Positions 47,345 through 54,976 of a stretch of 64,000 bases of DNA are shown here, one piece after another. This DNA comes from an uncultured Candidatus Saccharibacteria bacterium (lineage in GTDB: Bacteria > Patescibacteriota > Minisyncoccia > UBA6257), in contig CAZUBI010000001.1 of the NCBI GenBank assembly GCA_964618625.1, positions 332,266 through 396,265 on the forward strand. Direction: 5' to 3'. Below the pieces are notes generated by a model. That model made no database searches, was not told the origin of the DNA, and saw nothing but the letters and a program-made list of their open reading frames with translations. Within the stretch, counting starts at the first letter, position 1. Each line of letters begins with the position of its first letter. The translations under genes and the position numbers were made by a program.

Positions 47345-47722
47345 ATGAGAATAGGAAAGATTGGTTCTTTTGGAGAAGATAAGACGACAGCTTATCTACA
47401 GAATAGCCATTATCAGATTATACAAAGAAATTTTAAAAGAAAATGGGGTGAAATTGATATTATTGCAAAAGATAAAAAAACAAAGGAAATAGTTTTTGTA
47501 GAGGTTAAAACAAGACAATTAAATTGTGATTATAGTTTAAGCCCAGAAGAAGCGTTAACCTCAAAAAAGGTTCGCCGTTTGAAACGAGCCTTTTTAAGTT
47601 ATTTAAACCGCTATAACTTAGAGGATAAACCCTGGCGTTTTGATTTTATTGCAGTGGAAATTGATAATTTCAATCAAAAACCAATAATCCGGCATTATAA
47701 AGATATATTTTTGGAATTTTAA
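47345..47722 (+). CDS. yraN: UPF0102 / YraN-family endonuclease
   Basis: GEIDIIAKDKKTKEIVFVEVKTRQ, a PD-(D/E)xK core. Confidence 0.7.
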   Translation: MRIGKIGSFGEDKTTAYLQNSHYQIIQRNFKRKWGEIDIIAKDKKTKEIVFVEVKTRQLNCDYSLSPEEALTSKKVRRLKRAFLSYLNRYNLEDKPWRFDFIAVEIDNFNQKPIIRHYKDIFLEF

Positions 47723-47732
47723 GTAAAACCTT

Positions 47733-47777
47733 GCTTTGTGACACGGTAAACATTGTGCGAAACAAAGTGCGAAACAA
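47733..47777. repeat. 45-bp direct repeat, copy 1 (ctttgtgacacggtaaacattgtgcgaaacaaagtgcgaaacaa)
   Basis: The second copy is at 47895..47940 (about 95% identical). The two flank 117 bp. Confidence 0.45.
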
Positions 47778-47894
47778 TATTAACAGAGCCATTTCCTAAT
47801 TTTAGACTAAAGATTTGGCTCAACCATAAACAAACCCGGTATTTTAAGCTGCTTTTGCCTCTATTAAGCCAAAGATTGTTGTTAAAGATATTTA

Positions 47895-47940
47895 CTTTGT
47901 GACACGGTAAACATTGTGTGAAACAAAGTGTGAAACAAAG
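47895..47940. repeat. 45-bp direct repeat, copy 2
   Basis: See copy 1. It ends 6 nt before the 3' end of the split tRNA. Confidence 0.45.
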
Positions 47941-47946
47941 TATTTG

Positions 47947-48141
47947 TGGACTCAGCGAGAATCGAACTCGTGTTTCCGCAACTTGCCCCCACACCAAACG
48001 CATTATTTTGGTGGACCTAAGGAGAATCGAACTCCTGTCTCGGCAATGCGAATGCCGTGTTTTACCACTGAACCATAGGCCCGTATATGCCTTGTGGTGT
48101 GGGGGTAAAAATGCGGTATATTACCACTATACTATGAGCTC
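47947..48141 (-). tRNA. tRNA-Lys(UUU)-like gene split after nt 37 by a 124-nt insert (intron-like) that contains a whole tRNA-Ala; the exons are 48141..48106 and 47981..47947
   Basis: Exon 1 is GAGCTCATAGTATAGTGGTAATATACCGCATTTTTA. Exon 2 is TTGCGGAAACACGAGTTCGATTCTCGCTGAGTCCA. Joined, they give a 71-nt cloverleaf. The D-arm is identical to tRNA-Gly at 39194. The anticodon stem is CCGCA/TGCGG and the loop is TTTTTAT. The insert ends are CCCCCACACCA (48105..48095) and TGGTGTGGGGG (47996..47986), a perfect 11-bp helix. Confidence 0.4.
48009..48082 (-). tRNA. tRNA-Ala(CGC), CCA encoded, nested inside the split tRNA
   Basis: GGGCCTA...TAGGTCC acceptor with G3:U70 and A73. Anticodon arm CGGCA-TTCGCAT-TGCCG. 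T-arm AGGAG-TTCGATT-CTCCT. Confidence 0.75.
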
Positions 48142-48247
48142 ATTAATATATCCCATTATTTAGAGATTTAAAATAGAATAACAAAAATTTCGGCTTAAAA
48201 CAAATTTTAAAGAAATAAAAAAGGAGAGATAAAACTCTCTCTTAATT

Positions 48248-48320
48248 TGGTCGGGGAACCGGGACTTGAACCCGGACTAAATCCTCCCAAAGGACTCGTG
48301 CTACCATTACACTATCCCCC
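48248..48320 (-). tRNA. tRNA-Pro(UGG)
   Basis: GGGGGAT acceptor; anticodon loop TTTGGGA; T-loop TTCAAGT; CCA encoded. Confidence 0.8.
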
Positions 48321-48333
48321 GATATATTTTTGT

Positions 48334-48409
48334 GTCTCCCTGGCAGGACTCGAACCTGCAACCTATTCCTTAGAAGGGAATCGCTCTATCCAGTTGAGCT
48401 ACAGGGAGA
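48334..48409 (-). tRNA. tRNA-Arg(UCU)
   Basis: Acceptor TCTCCCT/AGGGAGA; anticodon arm ATTCC-CTTCTAA-GGAAT; T-loop TTCGAGT. Confidence 0.75.
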
Positions 48410-48478
48410 GCTGATTTTTATTCTATCATATCTTTACTTGAAATAAAAGTTTTTTTGATTTATAATAGCTTAGATGAT

Positions 48479-48552
48479 GGTGGGCGTAGCTCAATTGGTA
48501 GAGCACTTCGCTGTGGCCGAAGTGGTTGGGAGTTCAAATCTCCTCGCTCACC
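48479..48552 (+). tRNA. tRNA-His(GUG) with encoded G-1
   Basis: G-1 plus GTGGGCG acceptor; anticodon arm CTTCG-CTGTGGC-CGAAG; T-loop TTCAAAT; discriminator C. Confidence 0.8.
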
Positions 48553-48562
48553 CTGCCAATTT

Positions 48563-48590
48563 AAAAAGCCTTTATTTAAAAGGCTTTTTA
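48563..48590 (+). terminator. Rho-independent terminator after tRNA-His
   Basis: AAAGCCTTT-attt-AAAGGCTTT followed by TTT. Confidence 0.5.
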
Positions 48591-48680
48591 ATTAGGGCGA
48601 GACAATGTTTGAACTTGTGGTATAATAGAAAAAATAAAGGTCAAAAAATTAACATCATAAATTTAAATAATTCAAATAAT

Positions 48681-49487
48681 ATGACAGAAAACTATAATCA
48701 ATATAATGCTAATTCTACTAATCAACCACTGGTTAATACCTCCGGGCAGGGAAGTAGTGCTCCAGTACCAAAAGAAATAAAAGGCTGGAACTGGGGGGCT
48801 TTTCTTTTAACTTGGATTTGGGGATTGTTTCATCATGTTTGGCTGTCATTTTTAGTTTTTATTCCCTATGTAGGTTTTGTGATAGCAATTATTTTAGGAA
48901 TAAAGGGGGCTGAATGGGCTTGGCAGGCACAACGCTATGGCTCTATTGAAGAATTTAAAAGGAGGGAAAGAAAATGGACCCGCGCTGCTCTTATTATTAT
49001 ACTTGTAATTATTATACCTATTCTATTCGCCACAATGATCCTGGTGATTCATCCAACCAAAATGTTACGAGAAGCTTGTGCCTTCCAAAGAATTTTTGAT
49101 TTAAATCCGAGTGATTGTAATAAAATACCAGAGCGAAACATTAAAGCTATTTGTTATATAATTATTATTAAATCTGCAAAGGATCCATCTATTTGTGATA
49201 AGATACAGGATCAAGACTTTAAAAATGGTTGTTATTCGGGTGTTGCTCGAGCCAAACAAGATTTATCTATTTGTGATAAGATACAGAATCAAAACGATAA
49301 AGATGGTTGTTATTCGGTTGTTGCTCAAGCCAAACAAGACTCATCTATTTGTGATAAGATAAAGAGTCAAGGCTGGAAAGATGGTTGTTATAAGAGAGTT
49401 GGTATAGCCAAACAAGATTTATCTATTTGCGATAAGATAGAGAGCCAGAGGGGTAAAGGCGAGTGTTATAAAAGTATACAACATTAA
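48681..49487 (+). CDS. Membrane protein with four C-terminal roughly 26-aa tandem repeats, each carrying a Cys pair (hypothetical)
   Basis: The track ORF starts at 48474 inside tRNA-His; the ATG at 48681 (MTENYNQY) is the plausible start. There are two TM helices. The repeat is SICDKI.....GCY..V..AKQD. Confidence 0.4.
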   Translation: MTENYNQYNANSTNQPLVNTSGQGSSAPVPKEIKGWNWGAFLLTWIWGLFHHVWLSFLVFIPYVGFVIAIILGIKGAEWAWQAQRYGSIEEFKRRERKWTRAALIIILVIIIPILFATMILVIHPTKMLREACAFQRIFDLNPSDCNKIPERNIKAICYIIIIKSAKDPSICDKIQDQDFKNGCYSGVARAKQDLSICDKIQNQNDKDGCYSVVAQAKQDSSICDKIKSQGWKDGCYKRVGIAKQDLSICDKIESQRGKGECYKSIQH

Positions 49488-49830
49488 ATTAAGGCATTTT
49501 TTAGTTTTAAGATTATCTTATTTTTAATCCTAATAATTAAGAGAGGCGTTTACTGTTAATAATTTTTGTTCCATCATAACTCTAAAAGGTTCAATCTCTT
49601 CCTTTATCTTATTCCAATCAATAGTTCTAAACACGTCCTTTAATAGACCCCATTAGAGATAAAGACTTGACAAATTATTTTTCTTTACTATAATGAGAAT
49701 GCTGTCGTTTAGAGATATTAAATAGCTTGCTATCTAATTTCAAAAAGCGATAGCATTTTTTTACCGCAAAATATAGAGGATTACTCTCTATATTTTTTAA
49801 ATTCATAATATTTGGTATAATATAAATATT

Positions 49831-50139
49831 ATGAAAATAGATTGGAACAAAAAAATCGGGATGCAGGAAGAAAATTACGGTTTAACGGTATTTGTTGGAG
49901 GATTAATGCAAATAGTTTTTGGATTTAGTTTTGGTTTAATTCCTTTAGCCATTTTTATTATTACAGTAATCGCTTTTGTTTTAAGTTTAAAACATGACAG
50001 ATACGAACCTTTTAGAAGAAGAATGAGTTTTATTGGTATAGGCATTGTGATTACAATGGTTTTACTTTATTTTGTTTTCGGTTGGGTTGGAATTATTGGG
50101 ACATTAGTAATGCCGAAATATGTTTCAGTGTCGAGATAG
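49831..50139 (+). CDS. Small two-TM membrane protein (hypothetical)
   Basis: 102 aa, hydrophobic. Confidence 0.3.
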   Translation: MKIDWNKKIGMQEENYGLTVFVGGLMQIVFGFSFGLIPLAIFIITVIAFVLSLKHDRYEPFRRRMSFIGIGIVITMVLLYFVFGWVGIIGTLVMPKYVSVSR

Positions 50140-50150
50140 GGTAGAAATTT

Positions 50151-50182
50151 AAAACAGCCCCGATAAATCGGGGCTGTTTTTA
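50151..50182. terminator. Bidirectional terminator
   Basis: ACAGCCCCG-ataaat-CGGGGCTGT followed by TTTT. Confidence 0.5.
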
Positions 50183-50194
50183 TCAGTTACTTTT

Positions 50195-52354
50195 TTAATC
50201 TTTGCGCATAATCTGATGACGTGTATATGTCAACCAAATATCACGGATTTTACTTTCTACTCTGACTAAAGCAAGCTGCCCTTTAGAATTAAATCTCAGG
50301 TAATACCAAATTATTAGAGCTGATATTAAGCTAATAATAAGAGATATAAACAAAGTATTAAATGGTCCTGTACGAATTGTGGCAGCGCCAGCTACTAATC
50401 CATAGGTGATTGAAGCGCTATCTGTTATTTTGCTTTCGTTATCTGCTGTTACTTCGGCAGTATTAGTATAGGTCAAATAGGTTCCTGGAGAAATGCTGAT
50501 AGCCTGAAATACTATGGTTTTACTAGTTCCTTTATAAATAGTTCCTAATGATAAGCCAATAGTAGTGATCGTATCTGGTTGAACTATGTTATTAATTTTA
50601 GTAGTACCAGGCATATAGCTAAGTACAGAGGGCATAATGTCTTTTATATTTACATTATAAAGATTTTTATTGCTACCAGCAGTTACAGTAAGATGAAATT
50701 CAATAATATCTCCTTGAGTGATGCGGATAACCTTCGAATAAATTCTATCTCCAGAAGAAAGATTTCTTCCTAATTTCGTTAAATTCAGATTAGTGCTTAC
50801 AGAAGTTACATAGATTGTAATAGAGCGTGTAACTTGTCCATCACTGCCATAACAAGTTAAATTATAATTTGTATCGGAATTAGGAGAAACAGATTCATAT
50901 CTATCAGTTGATTTAGTTCCGCTCCATCCATTAGAAGCAGTACAATAGTCAGTATTATTAGATGCCCAACGGAGATATGTAGATTCTCCCTGAGCAATAG
51001 TATATTCATCTGCCCAAAGGTCAAGTGTTGGGGAATTTGTGTCTTCTTCATCTATATGTACTCTACAAGAAGTACTCGCGCTTCTATTTTGTGAATCATG
51101 CACAGTTAAATAAGCTGTATAATTGCCATCAGAATTAAATCTTTCTTGACTATATGAATTGCTACCATAAGTTGCTCCAGACCAATAATATGAATAATTT
51201 CCTGAGCCTCCAGAAACATTACTACGAAAAGTTACTGTTTCATTTTCTTCAGCTGGATTTGGAGAGGCATAGCAGGAAACAGAAAGCGTATCATTATAAG
51301 AATCCTGAATAGTTAAGTGATATATGGTTGTTCTTGTGATTCCTCCACCTGTGGCAGTAACAGTAATTGGAAATGTTCCTACTGATGCATATGAATTAAT
51401 AGTTAAAGTATTGGTTTTAGAACAAGTAGGATAACAAGAGTAAAGAGAATAAGTACTTACTCCATAAGCTAATCCACTTTGGGAAAAACTAACAGATTGA
51501 GCAGTTCCGCTAACCAAATTAGCAGTGATAGTATTAGATCTTGTTATACTTCCAGATGTTGGTTTAGTTACTATAATATTTCCACTATTATAGAGAGAGA
51601 AGTCAAAATTTTCTGAAGGTGCCTGACAATTAGCCTGACATGTATTCAAAGAAGTGTAAGCACCAGAAGTTGATTGATAGCATTGATAGGTATTTGTATT
51701 ACAAGAATATTTTGTTGGAGCAATGCAGTTATTTTGGCAAGTGCTTAAAGAAGTATATTCTCCATTAGAATCTATCACACATTGATAATTAGCATTACAA
51801 GTATATCTAGTTACAGGTGTCTGACAATTAGTTGAACAATCATTTAAATTAGCATAAGCCCCATTAGTAGCTACATAGCATTGATAGGTATTTGTATTAC
51901 AAGAATATTTTGTTGGAGCAATACAGTTATTCTGACAAGTGCTTAAAGAAGTATATTGTCCATTAGAATCTACTACACATTGATAATTAGCATTACAAGT
52001 ATATCTAGTTACAGGTGTCTGACAATTAGTTGAACAATCATTTAAATTAGCATAAGCCCCATTAGTAGCTACATAGCATTGATATGTATTTGTATTACAG
52101 GAATATCTTGTTGGTGCAATGCAGTTATTTTGGCAAGTGCTTAAAGAAGTATATTGTCCACTAGAATCTACTACACATTGATAGTTAGAATTACAAGTGT
52201 ATCTGGCACAAGAAGGATAATGACAAAGCGGATGGGTAGTTGTAGTTGTACCAGTAACAATTATGGAAGCATTAACAAATGTAGTATTTACAATAGTGAA
52301 CAGTAAAACTCCTCCTAAAATGATGCTAAGAAGTAAATATTTTTTTATTTTCAT
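50195..52354 (-). CDS. Large secreted or cell-surface protein with three roughly 66-aa Cys-rich tandem repeats and a C-terminal TM anchor
   Basis: Signal peptide present. The repeat RYTCNANYQCVVDSNGQYTSLSTCQNNCIAPTKYSCNTNTYQCYVATNGAYANLNDCSTNCQTPVT occurs three times. The nucleotide repeats are about 198 bp at roughly 97% identity (about 51613..52207). The C-terminal hydrophobic segment is followed by basic residues. Confidence 0.5.
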   Translation of the reverse strand: MKIKKYLLLSIILGGVLLFTIVNTTFVNASIIVTGTTTTTHPLCHYPSCARYTCNSNYQCVVDSSGQYTSLSTCQNNCIAPTRYSCNTNTYQCYVATNGAYANLNDCSTNCQTPVTRYTCNANYQCVVDSNGQYTSLSTCQNNCIAPTKYSCNTNTYQCYVATNGAYANLNDCSTNCQTPVTRYTCNANYQCVIDSNGEYTSLSTCQNNCIAPTKYSCNTNTYQCYQSTSGAYTSLNTCQANCQAPSENFDFSLYNSGNIIVTKPTSGSITRSNTITANLVSGTAQSVSFSQSGLAYGVSTYSLYSCYPTCSKTNTLTINSYASVGTFPITVTATGGGITRTTIYHLTIQDSYNDTLSVSCYASPNPAEENETVTFRSNVSGGSGNYSYYWSGATYGSNSYSQERFNSDGNYTAYLTVHDSQNRSASTSCRVHIDEEDTNSPTLDLWADEYTIAQGESTYLRWASNNTDYCTASNGWSGTKSTDRYESVSPNSDTNYNLTCYGSDGQVTRSITIYVTSVSTNLNLTKLGRNLSSGDRIYSKVIRITQGDIIEFHLTVTAGSNKNLYNVNIKDIMPSVLSYMPGTTKINNIVQPDTITTIGLSLGTIYKGTSKTIVFQAISISPGTYLTYTNTAEVTADNESKITDSASITYGLVAGAATIRTGPFNTLFISLIISLISALIIWYYLRFNSKGQLALVRVESKIRDIWLTYTRHQIMRKD

Positions 52355-52455
52355 ATAAATAATTAGATAATTTTATCATGTTATTTTTAATTGGTTACTT
52401 GCAATATTATCACATAAGGTATTAATTGTCAAGAAATAATGAATTTTGTATAGGG

Positions 52456-52483
52456 TTGACAAATTATAAAAATGTAGTATAAT
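52456..52483 (+). promoter_or_regulatory. Near-consensus sigma70 promoter (TTGACA, 16 bp, TATAAT); a second TTGACA/TATATT lies at 52502..52529
   Basis: Read directly from the sequence. A strong Shine-Dalgarno AAGGAGG is at 52548..52554 before the ATG at 52566. Confidence 0.4.
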
Positions 52484-52565
52484 TAGATTAGATTAGTATT
52501 ATTGACAATCTTTTATATATATATATATTATATATAAATAAAAAAAAGAAAAGGAGGATTTAGAT

Positions 52566-52952
52566 ATGAAAAAGTTGTTATTGATTTTGGTGATTTTGGT
52601 AGGAATTGTTTTTTTGACTGGATGTATTATAGTGACCGCACCAGATGGCTGCCCACCTGTTACTCCGCCGATCACCCCGCCACCTGTAGAGGATTGTTAT
52701 CTTGTTATTACGGCTGGTTATTGGGTGTGGGGTGGAGTTTATGCAAACGATGAATATGTTGGTGAGATAGATTTTGAAACAAACCCAATAGTAATCATTG
52801 ACGTTTCTTGTGGTACATGGGTGAGGATTTATATAATTGACGTGTGTGGTTGGCAAAGCCATACGGAAATTATATTTATTCATCCAGGTCGAAATGATCT
52901 TGACTTTCCCTACATACCTCAGCCTTATCCCTATGTACTTCGGTCTCGGTAG
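52566..52952 (+). CDS. Small lipoprotein (hypothetical)
   Basis: Signal peptide with lipobox LTGC; Pro/Thr-rich linker; 128 aa. Confidence 0.4.
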   Translation: MKKLLLILVILVGIVFLTGCIIVTAPDGCPPVTPPITPPPVEDCYLVITAGYWVWGGVYANDEYVGEIDFETNPIVIIDVSCGTWVRIYIIDVCGWQSHTEIIFIHPGRNDLDFPYIPQPYPYVLRSR

Positions 52953-52977
52953 ATACTGATAGAATCTCTTTTCAGTC

Positions 52978-53011
52978 AGCCCGTTCAGTAAGTGGACGGG
53001 CTTTTCTTTTT
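52978..53011 (+). terminator. Rho-independent terminator
   Basis: AGCCCGT-(11 nt)-ACGGGCT followed by TTTCTTTTT. Confidence 0.45.
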
Positions 53012-53149
53012 GTAAAATACTATTTTTATTTCAACACAAAGAAGAACTATTTGTCAAGGATGGAGAAATATGGTATAATATAAGTATTAATTAATAATTC
53101 ATTAAAATTAATAGAAATTAATAGAAATTTATTGTAATATAGGTTAAAT

Positions 53150-54127
53150 ATGAAAATGCTATCTAAAATTAAAAACTGGTTCTTGCCGACTAAAGAGAAT
53201 AATTTTCAGCCAGGCGTTTTAAGCGACAGGGCGATTTCTATTTTTATACTTTTATTCTTATTAGTAAAGGTTATTTTTAGTTTTAATTTAATTTTAGTAA
53301 AACAGTCTTCCCTTTTTGCCGATATTAGCGCTCAAAGGATAATAACTTTAACTAATGAAGTCCGTCAGCAATATAGTTTGCCTCTTGTGCAAGAAGATTC
53401 TTTATTAAACAAAGCTGCCCAGGACAAAGCTGAGGATATGTTTAAAAATAAGTATTTTAGTCATTATAGCCCAACTGGGACTTCTCCTTGGCATTGGATA
53501 GATAAATCCGGATATGATTATTATTATGCTGGGGAAAATTTGGCAATGAATTTTTTAGATACCGAAGAAGTAATAAAAGGATGGCTTAATTCTCCTTCTC
53601 ACAGGGAAAATCTTTTGAATGAGGATTATAAAGACATGGGAATTGCCGTTGTTTCAGGGGATTTTAATAATGAAGGAATTAATAGGATTTTAGTAGTACA
53701 GATGTTTGGTTCTAAGGATAAACCATCAATTCCTGTAGCTATGGCCCAAGTTCCTTCAGAAATTATTCCTCCAGAGAAAACATTAGAAGAAGATGAAGTT
53801 TTACCTGAAACAACAACCCAGACAATTATTGGGGTTACAGAGAAACAGGCAAAAGATATAACCAGTAAACAGGTTTTAGCGCAAAAAAATATATTAGCTC
53901 AAATTAATAATAATACAAGAAATCAGGTAGAAACAACGAATAAAGTTATTGCTGGATTTATAATTCTTTTAGGGGTAATGGCTATTGCAGGAATTATTTT
54001 GCAGCAGAGAACAATTGCTTTTGGTTTCTCCGAACTCATTTTAAGAAGCGCGATTATTATTATTTTAGGTGTATCATTTGCTGGTTTTCATTTGGAGGAT
54101 TTTATAGGACGCTTGATGATTTCCTAA
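53150..54127 (+). CDS. CAP/SCP (PR-1-like) domain protein with N- and C-terminal TM segments
   Basis: CAP core: YFSHYSPTGTSPWHWI...GENLAMNF...GWLNSPSHRENLL. Confidence 0.55.
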   Translation: MKMLSKIKNWFLPTKENNFQPGVLSDRAISIFILLFLLVKVIFSFNLILVKQSSLFADISAQRIITLTNEVRQQYSLPLVQEDSLLNKAAQDKAEDMFKNKYFSHYSPTGTSPWHWIDKSGYDYYYAGENLAMNFLDTEEVIKGWLNSPSHRENLLNEDYKDMGIAVVSGDFNNEGINRILVVQMFGSKDKPSIPVAMAQVPSEIIPPEKTLEEDEVLPETTTQTIIGVTEKQAKDITSKQVLAQKNILAQINNNTRNQVETTNKVIAGFIILLGVMAIAGIILQQRTIAFGFSELILRSAIIIILGVSFAGFHLEDFIGRLMIS

Positions 54128-54151
54128 TCGTTATTTGTTATTATGTAGAAC

Positions 54152-54838
54152 ATGTTTAAAGATTTAAAGCTTTTTTTTCAGATTTTTTTTATAATTTTTA
54201 TAATTTCTTTTTTTATTTTTAATGGGGCTGCTTTTTTTGATTTAGTAAAGTATAAAATTAATAAATTAACAGAGGAGATAAAGCAAGAATTAATTCGTAC
54301 CCCCTCTTTTTTAACTAATTTACCTACACAGAAGGAAATACAATCTTTAATACCAACCATTATTTTATCTGTAATTCAGCCTATTCCTCCTGAAGCAGAA
54401 AATGCCAATATTTTAGAAATGCCTCAGTTTAATATTAAAGCGCCAATTTTGGAAGTGGAAACAGCTGATTCAGGAACAATTTATAAAAGATTAAAACAAG
54501 GAGTTGTATTGTATCCAGGTTCTGATATTCCCGGTAAGGGTTATTCTATTATTATAGGGCATAGCTCGCAATATCCTTGGGATCCAGGCAGGTATAAATC
54601 AGTATTTTCCTTATTAAACCAATTAGAGCAAGGTGATAAAGTTTATGTATTTTGGGATCAAAAACCATTAGTTTTTGAGGTAAGGGATAAAAAGATATTT
54701 TTACCTTGGCCCAAGGGAACGGAAAGTACTGAAACTATTTTTCCGCCAAGCGATGAGAAAACTTTAATCTTACAAAGCTGCTGGCCTGTAGGTGTTGCTT
54801 CTAAGAGAGTGACAGTGAGAACCGTGCTTGTAAGATAA
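54152..54838 (+). CDS. Sortase family transpeptidase
   Basis: N-terminal TM segment; His in IIIGHSS; Cys in TLILQSCWPVG (TLxTC-like); Arg in KRVTVRTV. Confidence 0.55.
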   Translation: MFKDLKLFFQIFFIIFIISFFIFNGAAFFDLVKYKINKLTEEIKQELIRTPSFLTNLPTQKEIQSLIPTIILSVIQPIPPEAENANILEMPQFNIKAPILEVETADSGTIYKRLKQGVVLYPGSDIPGKGYSIIIGHSSQYPWDPGRYKSVFSLLNQLEQGDKVYVFWDQKPLVFEVRDKKIFLPWPKGTESTETIFPPSDEKTLILQSCWPVGVASKRVTVRTVLVR

Positions 54839-54882
54839 TCTTTTTTTTGTTATGCTAATTTGGTTCGTTCCAAAATGATAAT

Positions 54883-54957
54883 GCCGTCATCGTCTAGCTT
54901 GGTTTAGGACACGGGGCCTTCAATCCCGTAACATGGGTTCAAATCCCATTGACGGCG
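54883..54957 (+). tRNA. tRNA-Glu(UUC)
   Basis: Acceptor GCCGTCA/TGACGGC; anticodon arm CGGGG-CCTTCAA-TCCCG; T-arm ATGGG-TTCAAAT-CCCAT. Confidence 0.65.
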
Positions 54958-54976
54958 CTCTTCATTTTTCTTATTT

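Noticed and set aside
47719-48003. 94-aa ORF spanning the direct repeats and tRNA exon
   Set aside because: It overlaps the tRNA-Lys 3' exon and the 45-bp repeats, with no coding signal.
48474-48680. N-terminal extension of the 337-aa track ORF
   Set aside because: It runs through tRNA-His and its terminator. The internal ATG at 48681 with a normal N-terminus is the credible start.
54152-54838. Linking the sortase to a specific LPXTG substrate in the window
   Set aside because: The nearby surface proteins (50195..52354, 39316..40800, 53150..54127) lack a clear LPXTG/LAXTG before their C-terminal anchors. Only a weak LPETT is present in the CAP protein.
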